Assembly (NCBI GenBank): GCA_965214005.1
Contig: CBDCAQ010000009.1
Span: 79,758 to 143,757, forward strand
Source of the DNA: Bryobacteraceae bacterium
GTDB taxonomy: Bacteria; Acidobacteriota; Terriglobia; Bryobacterales; Bryobacteraceae
Direction of reading: 5' to 3'
DNA length: 64,000 nucleotides
The notes under the pieces were generated by a model. The model saw only the letters and a list, made by a program, of their open reading frames with translations, made no database searches and had not been told where the DNA came from. The position numbers and the translations under genes were made by a program. Positions 28,508-37,414 of this stretch are shown in pieces (within the stretch, counting starts at the first letter, position 1; every line of letters begins with the position of its first letter).

Positions 28508-30379
28508 TCAGCAAGCTTCGAAAACGACACGAACCTCATTGTCGCCATGAGATGCTTTCACCTCAATGATGAGGTTGTGGACGTCCGGCTGCTGACCCTG
28601 GGGTTGAGGAACACTGGCGCTGATCACCTGAAAGCGCGCTCCGGGCGGGGACTCAATCGTCGCTTTGAGACGTTTGCCATTCTGCTCGAGAATTGCTCCT
28701 CCTTCGACGAGAAGAAAACTTGCCTTGGTGTGCATGTTCCAGCGAAGTTGACGATCGCCCGTTGACCGGATGTGATCCTGGATAGAGCAGCGCACATGCG
28801 GTGTGCGCTGCAGGTGAACGAGACGACGCACGAAGGTAAGATCAGGCTGATACGCCTTTGTGAGGTCAATAGCCGCGGACCCCTGCGCAGGGGCGGAAGC
28901 AAACTCCGTCAAGGGTGCGATGGCATCGAGCGGCTGGTTGTTTGTGCCGTATGTGAGCGTGTTATGCCCTTCCGTACGCAGGCGATAGTAGTCCCAGCGT
29001 TTGGTCGAGTTGAAGTACCCTGGCAAGGCATAGTCATCTGCTCCGAGATCCAGGGCCCAACGCACACCCAGCGCATCGAAGACGAACGAGCCGAGATCGA
29101 GATGAGCGTGCGAGCCGGCGTTATCTCCACCCTTGATGCCAATGAAGAATGCGTCGGGATGGGTCCAGGAAGTCCGGAGGCAGGCCAGATTGATCTTGCG
29201 GTAGCGAACGTCCAGTGGAGGGTACACCGCGGCGGCATACGCGCGGCGCTCTTCCTCAGCTGGTCCCCATAAAAGATGAAAGATTAGCGGCTCAGAGGCT
29301 GCGACCTGCTTGCTCTCACTAACGTTGTATATGGCCTTGTTGAACCGTTTTGCAAGCCAGAACATCTCCGGCGAAAGTTCCAGTTTAGCTGGTCCGTCGG
29401 CATAGTTGAACGACTCTCCGGTCGGCCCAATGAGGGCCATGCGGAAGGTACCGGTATCGGAAAAACCTTCCATTCTGGAGAGTTCCAGGTCAGTACCCAA
29501 GGCGCTTTCCAACCCGGAGATCATCGCGCAGGTGTATCTGGTCGCGTACAGCCAATAATTTGGCCCCTCCGGCCAACCGCCGTCGGGCGCATAGTTTGTA
29601 AGGGCATTGCGAACATTGGCCGTTGTTAATCTCAGCATCTGTTCCGGCTCAGGTGCCAGCCCTCCTGCGTCGTGCATTCCATCATTCAGGATGGCGAGCG
29701 CGCCCATCGTGAGCCCTCCATTGCAAACCTGTCCCCAGTTGTTTGCGTGGGGCAAAGTCCAGAACACCTGCTTTGTATATTGGTCCAGACCGGGCCGCAG
29801 CCCGTAGGCGATGATGCTGTTGCGGACTGTCGCACGGTCTTGCTCGGACAGCACCTCATAGAGCCAGTCGTACCCCAGGGCCGCGGCATTCGTCATTTCT
29901 GCCGTATCCAGAAAATGTTCTGGGTGCCAGCCCGGGAAGGAACATATGGCCATCAGTTCGGCGCGCGCCCGCAGCGCCTTGGCCTTGTCGCCGTCCAGCT
30001 TATAGAGCGCCCCAAGAGTTTCTATACGCAACAATGCAGCACGGCTTTGCGCGAGCAGACGAGGGCCAATCAACTTATATTCCGCTACTGGCTCAGACAT
30101 CATACTGTGCGCTGATATCTGAAGCTTCCTAAACCAATCCTGCAGCACGTCGTCTGTGGCGACCCGTTTGCGGAGCGTGTTCCATTGCTCCTGCCTGAAG
30201 TGCAAACGTGGATGCTCCGCAACCAGGCTGGTGCTTAGCAGCTCATCCACGTGGTTCACATGGGTAGCGTGCAAAACCTGTCCGGGCAGCAGGGCAGCAA
30301 GAGCAGCGACTTTACCACCTTTTTCGAGAAAGTCTCGTCGATTCAGGACGTTGAACATTCCTAGGGCCTGCTTTTTCAT
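28508..30379 (-). CDS. heparinase II/III-like polysaccharide lyase family protein
   Basis: A Tat-like signal (NRRDFLEKGGKVAALAAL) is present. An N-terminal alpha/alpha toroid-like region (FLDTAEMTNAAALGYDW) is followed by GSHAHLDLGSFVFDALG, typical of the Hepar_II_III domain. Confidence 0.7.
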   Translation of the reverse strand: MKKQALGMFNVLNRRDFLEKGGKVAALAALLPGQVLHATHVNHVDELLSTSLVAEHPRLHFRQEQWNTLRKRVATDDVLQDWFRKLQISAHSMMSEPVAEYKLIGPRLLAQSRAALLRIETLGALYKLDGDKAKALRARAELMAICSFPGWHPEHFLDTAEMTNAAALGYDWLYEVLSEQDRATVRNSIIAYGLRPGLDQYTKQVFWTLPHANNWGQVCNGGLTMGALAILNDGMHDAGGLAPEPEQMLRLTTANVRNALTNYAPDGGWPEGPNYWLYATRYTCAMISGLESALGTDLELSRMEGFSDTGTFRMALIGPTGESFNYADGPAKLELSPEMFWLAKRFNKAIYNVSESKQVAASEPLIFHLLWGPAEEERRAYAAAVYPPLDVRYRKINLACLRTSWTHPDAFFIGIKGGDNAGSHAHLDLGSFVFDALGVRWALDLGADDYALPGYFNSTKRWDYYRLRTEGHNTLTYGTNNQPLDAIAPLTEFASAPAQGSAAIDLTKAYQPDLTFVRRLVHLQRTPHVRCSIQDHIRSTGDRQLRWNMHTKASFLLVEGGAILEQNGKRLKATIESPPGARFQVISASVPQPQGQQPDVHNLIIEVKASHGDNEVRVVFEAC

Positions 30380-30463
30380 TCTGTAAGCCTCTACTGAGCT
30401 TAGTTCGCTGCTTTCAAGCCGCACCACGTACAGTCTGTGTCAGCGGGGCTAATCTCGAAGGGA

Positions 30464-32104
30464 TCAGTGGATCAACGCCCCGAGGTCAATGGCCGCATCT
30501 CCTGTGCGGGGGCGCCCAGTGAAATCTTCTCCAAATGCAAATTTGAGATTGCCCGCATGGAGAGCTGGGGAGTCAGCGCTCAAGCGGAAGTCATGCTGCG
30601 TTTCGTCCACGAACTTTGGGTCTGCGATACGATCAGACGCACCCAGAATTTCTGGGCGCCTTCCGCCAAAATAAAGGTTGTAGTCGTACACGACTCCGAC
30701 GGTGTCTTTGAACGCTTCATTGTTTTTGGCGCCTTCGCCGGCCACCGAGATATTATTTTCTACCGCCACATGCGACGCCTGGTGAACCCAGATCTGACCG
30801 TAATTCAGTCCAGGAGTCAGGCTGTTGTGAACCACGGTATTATTTAGCACATCCACATCGTCACTGCTATATACCTGGATGCCGGCCCCGCCATTTTCAT
30901 AGACGATGTTGTCGGCCACAAGCATGCGTCCGCGGAATGGGCCAGTGGCAGGATCGTCCTTGATGCGGTTGCTGTCGATGATGATCCCGTTGCCGTCCGA
31001 CAAGGCCTTGGTATGGTTCCATTTCACCTCAGTCCGATTTCGGTAGACCAGATTCCTGAGGATAATAATCTTGTAGTCGTGTATCTCATCTGTATTGAGG
31101 GATCCGAGGACGCTGATGCCGCTCGTCGCATACATGGCGCGGTACGAGGTATCGTGGATGACGTTCTCTTTGAAAAGAATGTAGTCCGCATCCATAGCTG
31201 AAACCCCGCCACCCTGCACGTCGTACACAGTGTTCTTGACGATTTCGATGTGGCGGGGCGCAAGGCGGAGGCTCGGACGAAGCTTCTGGTTGACTGCGCG
31301 GATGCTGATGCCGTTGGTCTGATACGCGCTGGTCTCTGGGCCGTAGCTTTCAAATTGGCTGCCCTGAATAAAGCGATCCGCCACCTTTTCCGCATCGGGC
31401 TGGGACACGTTGCGAGCATTGCCTGCGATCTCAAGGCCTTCAACGCGAATGTAGGACGCTGTAATCAGCACATGGTTCCAAGCCTTGACGGCGTGCAGTA
31501 CAGGGCGCTCACCGGGGTAGGCCTTGTAGGTGATCATCGCGCCTGGCAGGCCGGATCGCGAGATCGTCACAACACCTTCATTCGAAGTATCCAGGTAAGT
31601 GCCGCTTCGAATGAAGACGATGTCGCCTGGGCACGTCACGTTCTCAGCCGCTTGAATTGAGGCAAAGGGTTTGGCCTTGGTTCCGGGATTTGTATCGATC
31701 CCGGTTCCGGCCTCGACGTAGTACGACTTCCTCGAAACGGGCGGGGTGAGGTTGATCACCACGCGTGTCGGGCCAGGGTTCTGACCGGAGACAGGGTCCA
31801 GCCGAAACTCATCCTGGCCGATGAAGCCTGCTTCCGGAGTGTAGCTCCAGCTTCCCTGCTGGGCCTCGGCAAGCGTCAGTGTTCCATGTTTTGGCCTCAC
31901 TCCGATGGCGTAGGTGGTGGCCAATCCAGAGCCTTCGGTTCGGAAGGCTCTGCCCGTCAGGCGAGTGTCTCGAACTGCATCGTGGTAGTCCGAATGGGGA
32001 TACACAGGCAAAGGGGCGGCCAGATTAGCCTGGCCTAGAGCGGATCGTCCAGAGAGGCTAAGCAGAAAAAACGCGGTGATGCAGCAGGCGGCGATGGAAC
32101 GCAT
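30464..32104 (-). CDS. secreted right-handed beta-helix repeat protein with N-terminal Ig/cadherin-like domain
   Basis: A signal peptide is present, then GTLTL....SWSYTPEAGFIGQDEF, then YYVEAGTGIDTNPGTKAKPFASIQAA and repeated N.V/I.(N/D) beta-helix coils. The C-terminus ends in DFRLSADSPALHAG. Confidence 0.7.
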   Translation of the reverse strand: MRSIAACCITAFFLLSLSGRSALGQANLAAPLPVYPHSDYHDAVRDTRLTGRAFRTEGSGLATTYAIGVRPKHGTLTLAEAQQGSWSYTPEAGFIGQDEFRLDPVSGQNPGPTRVVINLTPPVSRKSYYVEAGTGIDTNPGTKAKPFASIQAAENVTCPGDIVFIRSGTYLDTSNEGVVTISRSGLPGAMITYKAYPGERPVLHAVKAWNHVLITASYIRVEGLEIAGNARNVSQPDAEKVADRFIQGSQFESYGPETSAYQTNGISIRAVNQKLRPSLRLAPRHIEIVKNTVYDVQGGGVSAMDADYILFKENVIHDTSYRAMYATSGISVLGSLNTDEIHDYKIIILRNLVYRNRTEVKWNHTKALSDGNGIIIDSNRIKDDPATGPFRGRMLVADNIVYENGGAGIQVYSSDDVDVLNNTVVHNSLTPGLNYGQIWVHQASHVAVENNISVAGEGAKNNEAFKDTVGVVYDYNLYFGGRRPEILGASDRIADPKFVDETQHDFRLSADSPALHAGNLKFAFGEDFTGRPRTGDAAIDLGALIH

Positions 32105-32163
32105 AATCCCTTTCTCAATGGGTAAAAGGCATGGCGGAGGAACGTAGCGCGTTGGCTAAAGAA

Positions 32164-32204
32164 GCCGGACGCATTGCGCGATGCTGCTGCGCGACGCGTC
32201 CGGC
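32164..32204 (-). other. intercistronic hairpin immediately downstream of the NHL/Ig gene
   Basis: GCCGGACGC...GCGTCCGGC forms a perfect 9-bp stem with a 23-nt GC-rich loop. Its function (attenuator, RNA-processing site or REP-like element) is unknown. Confidence 0.3.
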
Positions 32205-32210
32205 GTCAGC

Positions 32211-35200
32211 CTATTGGGTGATGGTAATGGACACGACACCGCTCTGTTGCTGAACGCTGGTGCTGCTATATGCCATGACGGTTGCGGTGTATTGACCCAC
32301 GGGGGTGGGTGCCAGGGCCGATGAGTTGGAGCCGCAGCCGAGCGTTCCGGAAACAGCCAGGACGAGCAGCAACAGCAGACTGCCTAAACCCCGGGAGAGT
32401 GCCTTGCGCCGGCGTGCCAGCATGCCGGTCAACAGCATCGCCCACAGGATGGTGTTTCCCGTCTTCTGCCAAGGCATTGGCGAGGTGCTGAGCGCGGCGG
32501 ATGCACCCGCAGTTGCAATCGTCACCTGCGACGTTATCACAGCACCGGACGGCGTTACGGATGAGGGTGTGAACGAACAGCTCGCTCCGGCCGGAAGCCC
32601 CGCGCAGGAGAACACTACAGGCTGGTTGAAGCCGCCGTACGGGGTGAGCGTCAACGTAGCGGTACCGGTCTGACCCTGCTTGATGGTCAAGCCTAAGGGC
32701 GACACAGCGAACGTGAAGCCGGGGGGGCCTACCGAGACGGCGATCGCAGGCGACGTAGACTTCGAGAAGTTGACATCTCCAACGTAGATCGCGCTGATGC
32801 TGTACAGCCCGTTGGGCGGAGCAAGGTAGCCAAAGGAGGCGGAGCCGCCGGCTAACTGCACCGTCCCTAGCAGAGAGGTTCCGCTGTAGAACTGCACATT
32901 CCCGGTTGGAGCCGTTGCCGTAGGACTGGAAACGATGGCTGTAAACGCGACGCTGCCAGCGGTAGGAACGCTGTAAGTTGATGCGGTGAGGCTTACAGAC
33001 GGCACGCTTTGCGTAACCGTCAACGTGCCGTTGACGGCGGTGACCGTGTAGTTCGCGAGGGCGGTCCCTGTGACGGAGGGAATAATGAAGTAACTCCCTA
33101 CCGGGCTGGATGCTCCCGCTATGCTGGACCCTCCAACAACGAACTGGTCACCGTTGACAGCACCGCTGACCATGCCCGTAAAGGCAGGGTTGGGGAGACC
33201 AAAGGCACGCGTCGCGTTACTTGCGGTGACGGTCAGCGGCGCTTTGGTGACGACGACCGCAAGGTTCCCAACCGTTCCGTTGACCGTAATGGACAAGGTA
33301 TAGGCGCCTACATTGAGGAGAGGCAATGAAAAGGCTCCCGTCCCTCCGGTTACCGAGACCGATGCCGTCGCCGTCATCGTACCGGTGATGGCGATGGTGT
33401 AGGTTCCATCTACCATGGAGGCGACGGTGTATGAAGGTGTCGTTCCGTAAACGAGCGAAGTGGAGCCGGAGATGGTGGCCAACGGCTGTGCCACGCCCAG
33501 GCCCTGCAGTCCCACGGTCGTCGCGGGACCGTTGGTTGATATGGCAAGGCTGGCGGTTTGCGCACCGCTAGCGGAAGGCTTGAAGACGGCTGTAATGTTG
33601 CAGGTGCTGGCAGGTGCAAGCGTGGCGCCGTCCACGCAGGTGGTCGACTGCTGAACGCTAAAGCCTCCCGTTCCCGCCGGAGCATTGTAGAAGGGAGTGC
33701 CAAGCTGCAACGGGATCGTGCCCGCGTTCGACAGGGTTGCCGTCAAAGGTGAACTCGTCTGACCAGCGATCACTGAACCGAAATTCAGGTTTCCAGAGCT
33801 CCTCGTCATTACGGCTACCCTGCCCGCCGTAACGTCGGTCGCGTAGATATTTCCGGAAGGATCGGCGGCAAGAGCCGAGGGCGTGGCGACAATGGACCCC
33901 AGTGTGGTAGCCTGCGCGACACTCAACACGCCCGCGATAGCGGGCAAGCGCGTAATGGTTTGCTTTCCGCTATCGGCAACAAAGAGAGAGCCGCCCGCAT
34001 CAACCGCCAGACCTGAAGCGTTGGTCAACCCGATGAGCAGAGTGGTCTGGTTGCCAGTGGAAAGCGTCACCTGATAGACGCGATTGCTGCCACTATCGGC
34101 GATAAAGATGTTGCCTCGGTTGTCGGTCGCGAGGGCCGAAGGTGCCGCGAAACCGCTTCCGACTGACGTTATCAAGCCGCCAAGCGCCTGAGCGGCGGAG
34201 GGTGCCAACTGCAGCACGCGGTTGTGCCCGCTATCCGCTACATAGAGATGGCCTGCGGTGTCGAGCGCAAGGCCCGCTGGGCCGCTGAGTCCGGTCAAGA
34301 GCGTGAGCGGAGATCCGTAAGCCGTTCCTGTCAATGGAAACTTCACGACATTATTATTCGTCGCAACGTATAGATTGCCAGCGCCGTCAGCGGCGATAGC
34401 CGACGCAGCAGCCAAGCCCGTCACGACCGGTGCCGCCTGGCCGTTCTTGACGATCGAGCCGGTGCTGCTGTCGAGTACATAGTTATTTCCAGCACCATCC
34501 AGAGCGATGCCTACAGGATTCTTCCACGAGGTGCCGATGCTGGAGTTGGTGCCTGGATCGACATTGCCCAACGGGCCTTGACCGAAGCCAGAAAGGTTCA
34601 CCTGTGCCAGAAGATTGCTGCTGGAATCGTAAGCGGAAAGTGCACCACCCTGCGGCCCTGCGGCGGTGGCCGTGTAGCCCACGGCGACGGTGCAGGACGA
34701 GCCAACGGCATACAGACGGCCCGCAACACATGTGGTTGCCCCCACGGTGAAGCCGGCGCTCGTGCCGCTGGCAAACGGAACGAAACTCCCAAAAGTTGTT
34801 GCTGTGTTGAATAGGAGATTCAGGGTCTGCGCCGCCGCCGAAGCGCCAACGTTGACCGAACCCAGACTGGCGCGATTGACACTAAGGCGGTTGAGCAGCT
34901 GCCCATTGTTGTTGCCCCCATAGTAGATGTTTCCAAGCGAATCCACGCCCACATCATAAGCTGCAGGCACCGCCGCAATGGAGTACTGGTATGCGGAGGA
35001 TAAGGTACCGCCCGCGTTCGGAATCACGACGATCTTGCCGGCGCCGGTATCCGTGATGTAGAGGCTTCCGCCTGCGTCGATCGAAACGCCCGTAGGCCTT
35101 ACGAGGCCGACACCAATGGTGGAAGCCACCGCCGAACCGGCAGGATAAAACTGTACCGTTGCGCTCGTTCCGTCAACATAGTAGATATCGCCGCCTGCGG

Positions 35201-35918
35201 TGACCGCAATTTGGGAGTAGCTTGTAGTCGGAGCGAGATTGTCAACGAGAATCGTCGTGACGCCGGCGGGATTGAACTGAACGATGCGCTTGTGAGCGCC
35301 ACCGGTGATGCCATCGTTCCTGTCTACGATGTACACATTTCCGGCACCGTCCAGCGCAAAGTCGTTCGCCTGAGCGTAGTAACCCAGCGTGGGAGTAGAA
35401 ATCCTATAGTAGCACGGCTTGGTATTCGCCAGAACGGGATTGGTGCACTGCGTTGCGCTCAGCGTCGAAGCGTCAATCCCAGTGGAATACGTCCCATTCA
35501 CAAATGGGATGAACTCCGGCTTGCCGCTGCCATCTGCGACCCAGAGATTATTCTGTGGGTCAACATACACTCCATAGGAGTATCCGGCGACGTTGGACAT
35601 CACCAGCACTGGTGTAGTCGTGCCCACCGGTATCTCAACCAGGAAATTCTTGATGTTAGTCCCTGGTGTGTCAAGATAAAACACATCCCCGCGACTATTA
35701 ACACTTACTCGTCCCAGGGTGCCGCTGGTATCTGTGCTACCAAACGTCGAAGAAACGTGGGCCAAGGTCCCAGATGATGTTGAGAATAGCGCCGCCGGAA
35801 CTTGCGCACCTAAAGGAACCGACAGGGCCGCCGCGGCTCCTGCTAACAAGACCACCTGTAAGCGCCGGAGGCTTCCGCCTGACGCGCACTTACTAACAAT
35901 TTCGATCAGCTTCTTCAT
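32211..35918 (-). CDS. large cell-surface protein: NHL-type beta-propeller repeats, Ig-like/choice-of-anchor-like domains, MBG domain, C-terminal membrane hairpin
   Basis: ATG at 35918 follows GGAG, with signal LLAGAAAALSVPLGAQ. Many D..GN(I/L)Y(I/V) repeats occur. C..G..L..G.SC...V.F.P-type Ig modules are present. NYTVTAVNGTLTVT is MBG-like. The C-terminus has two hydrophobic helices. Confidence 0.75.
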   Translation of the reverse strand: MKKLIEIVSKCASGGSLRRLQVVLLAGAAAALSVPLGAQVPAALFSTSSGTLAHVSSTFGSTDTSGTLGRVSVNSRGDVFYLDTPGTNIKNFLVEIPVGTTTPVLVMSNVAGYSYGVYVDPQNNLWVADGSGKPEFIPFVNGTYSTGIDASTLSATQCTNPVLANTKPCYYRISTPTLGYYAQANDFALDGAGNVYIVDRNDGITGGAHKRIVQFNPAGVTTILVDNLAPTTSYSQIAVTAGGDIYYVDGTSATVQFYPAGSAVASTIGVGLVRPTGVSIDAGGSLYITDTGAGKIVVIPNAGGTLSSAYQYSIAAVPAAYDVGVDSLGNIYYGGNNNGQLLNRLSVNRASLGSVNVGASAAAQTLNLLFNTATTFGSFVPFASGTSAGFTVGATTCVAGRLYAVGSSCTVAVGYTATAAGPQGGALSAYDSSSNLLAQVNLSGFGQGPLGNVDPGTNSSIGTSWKNPVGIALDGAGNNYVLDSSTGSIVKNGQAAPVVTGLAAASAIAADGAGNLYVATNNNVVKFPLTGTAYGSPLTLLTGLSGPAGLALDTAGHLYVADSGHNRVLQLAPSAAQALGGLITSVGSGFAAPSALATDNRGNIFIADSGSNRVYQVTLSTGNQTTLLIGLTNASGLAVDAGGSLFVADSGKQTITRLPAIAGVLSVAQATTLGSIVATPSALAADPSGNIYATDVTAGRVAVMTRSSGNLNFGSVIAGQTSSPLTATLSNAGTIPLQLGTPFYNAPAGTGGFSVQQSTTCVDGATLAPASTCNITAVFKPSASGAQTASLAISTNGPATTVGLQGLGVAQPLATISGSTSLVYGTTPSYTVASMVDGTYTIAITGTMTATASVSVTGGTGAFSLPLLNVGAYTLSITVNGTVGNLAVVVTKAPLTVTASNATRAFGLPNPAFTGMVSGAVNGDQFVVGGSSIAGASSPVGSYFIIPSVTGTALANYTVTAVNGTLTVTQSVPSVSLTASTYSVPTAGSVAFTAIVSSPTATAPTGNVQFYSGTSLLGTVQLAGGSASFGYLAPPNGLYSISAIYVGDVNFSKSTSPAIAVSVGPPGFTFAVSPLGLTIKQGQTGTATLTLTPYGGFNQPVVFSCAGLPAGASCSFTPSSVTPSGAVITSQVTIATAGASAALSTSPMPWQKTGNTILWAMLLTGMLARRRKALSRGLGSLLLLLVLAVSGTLGCGSNSSALAPTPVGQYTATVMAYSSTSVQQQSGVVSITITQ

Positions 35919-35991
35919 GACACACTCCGAACGGACTGCAACAAACTTGTAAACGGCGATCATCCGCCGGCGATTTGAGAAAAGATGACGA

Positions 35992-37386
35992 TTATTGCGA
36001 GTAGGCTCCACGCGTGTACCCTGCCGAGGACGGCCGGGGGGTCCCGTTGATGTCCGTTGTGGGTGCAAGGTACGACGTGCCACTTCCGAGGGCAGGACTG
36101 CCTGGGAGAAGCTTGAGGCTGACGCCCGTAGGAGTGGTTGCGATTGGAGTGGCAAAAAGAGGATTTACGACCAGGTCGTGAGGCCCGGATACAGCACCCG
36201 AGAGCTTTGTGCTTCCCCCGTAGTAGACGTTGTAGTCTATCGTGCAGTGGGTAGTACAGCCATTGCTTACGACGATGGGGTTCTGGCCAACAGAACTGTA
36301 CATCACGTTGTTAATCACATTCACATCGTCGACGAAGTTGATGTTTACCTCTCCACGACCGCTCTCCGCAGGGGAGAGTACATTGCCATAGGTGGAGTTG
36401 TTCACGACGTCGATATGGCTGGAGTGAAAAGCCTCAACCGCCGCACTTCCATCGTTATATATGACATTGTTAGCGATCAGGGTTCTTCCGGTGTAGGCAA
36501 TCTGCGAGTTGCCCGTTCGATTATTCTGGTTCGTATCGATGATGATCGCCTCGCCATCAGTGATAGCAGGGGCAGGCTGATTCTGCTGCCAGGGAACATA
36601 TTCCTGATTGTTGTACAGGAGATTGTTCGTGATGATCATTTTGTATGGAGTGGCAACGTCGGCAGGGTTGGAATCCCAGTCCGTGAGGTTGGAAATTGCA
36701 CTCGTTCCATAAGCCGTATACCAGGATGTGTTATAGATGGTGTTGCCCGAGATGGTGATGTAGTCGGCACTCACAGTTGCGACTCCCGCTCCGCCGCAAT
36801 CATGGATGACGTTGTTCAAAATATTGATGTGGTGCGGACCCGCGGTTGTCACACCGCTCCCACCCACAATTCCTACGCAATTACCATTGAACTCTGGGTA
36901 TTTGGCAGCTTGCGAGGCATACTGCAGTGCCTGCGCGAGAGTGACATTCTGGTTGTTCCCGATGATCGTCAGTCCCTTCAATTCGACATAGGAAGCGGCA
37001 CTGTCGAACTGCACGCCGTTATAGCCGGTAAATGAAATCACGGGCGTCGCCCCCGGATACCCGTTGAACTTGATCCAGTTGTTAGGCGTTCCCGACACAC
37101 TGATCGTCACAACGGGAGAAGATGCAATGCTGTTTGAGTAAGTGCCATTCATGACGAGCACCGTCATGCCTGGTCCTACAACATTGGCGGCGCGCTGCAG
37201 GGTCCGAAACGCGGTTCCCGTGGACAGGCCATCCGAAGTGTCATTGCCGGCTCCACTGACGTAAAAGGTGGTGCCAGCGGTTGCGGGACCCGCTGCCTCC
37301 GGAGTCAGGATGCCGGAGGCACAGCCGCTCAACCCGAGAACACAAAGAGCAGCAATCAGCGCGAGATGGGAAAACTTGAAGTTCAT
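35992..37386 (-). CDS. right-handed beta-helix repeat lipoprotein (pectate-lyase fold)
   Basis: ATG at 37386 follows AAGAGGA. Lipobox LGLSGC. FYVSGAGNDTSDGLSTGTAFRTLQRAA plus repeated NN(V/L)I(Y/H) coils. The C-terminus contains LLPGSPALGSG. Confidence 0.7.
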   Translation of the reverse strand: MNFKFSHLALIAALCVLGLSGCASGILTPEAAGPATAGTTFYVSGAGNDTSDGLSTGTAFRTLQRAANVVGPGMTVLVMNGTYSNSIASSPVVTISVSGTPNNWIKFNGYPGATPVISFTGYNGVQFDSAASYVELKGLTIIGNNQNVTLAQALQYASQAAKYPEFNGNCVGIVGGSGVTTAGPHHINILNNVIHDCGGAGVATVSADYITISGNTIYNTSWYTAYGTSAISNLTDWDSNPADVATPYKMIITNNLLYNNQEYVPWQQNQPAPAITDGEAIIIDTNQNNRTGNSQIAYTGRTLIANNVIYNDGSAAVEAFHSSHIDVVNNSTYGNVLSPAESGRGEVNINFVDDVNVINNVMYSSVGQNPIVVSNGCTTHCTIDYNVYYGGSTKLSGAVSGPHDLVVNPLFATPIATTPTGVSLKLLPGSPALGSGTSYLAPTTDINGTPRPSSAGYTRGAYSQ

Positions 37387-37414
37387 GGTCCTATCCTCTT
37401 GTGTTTCCATTGCC

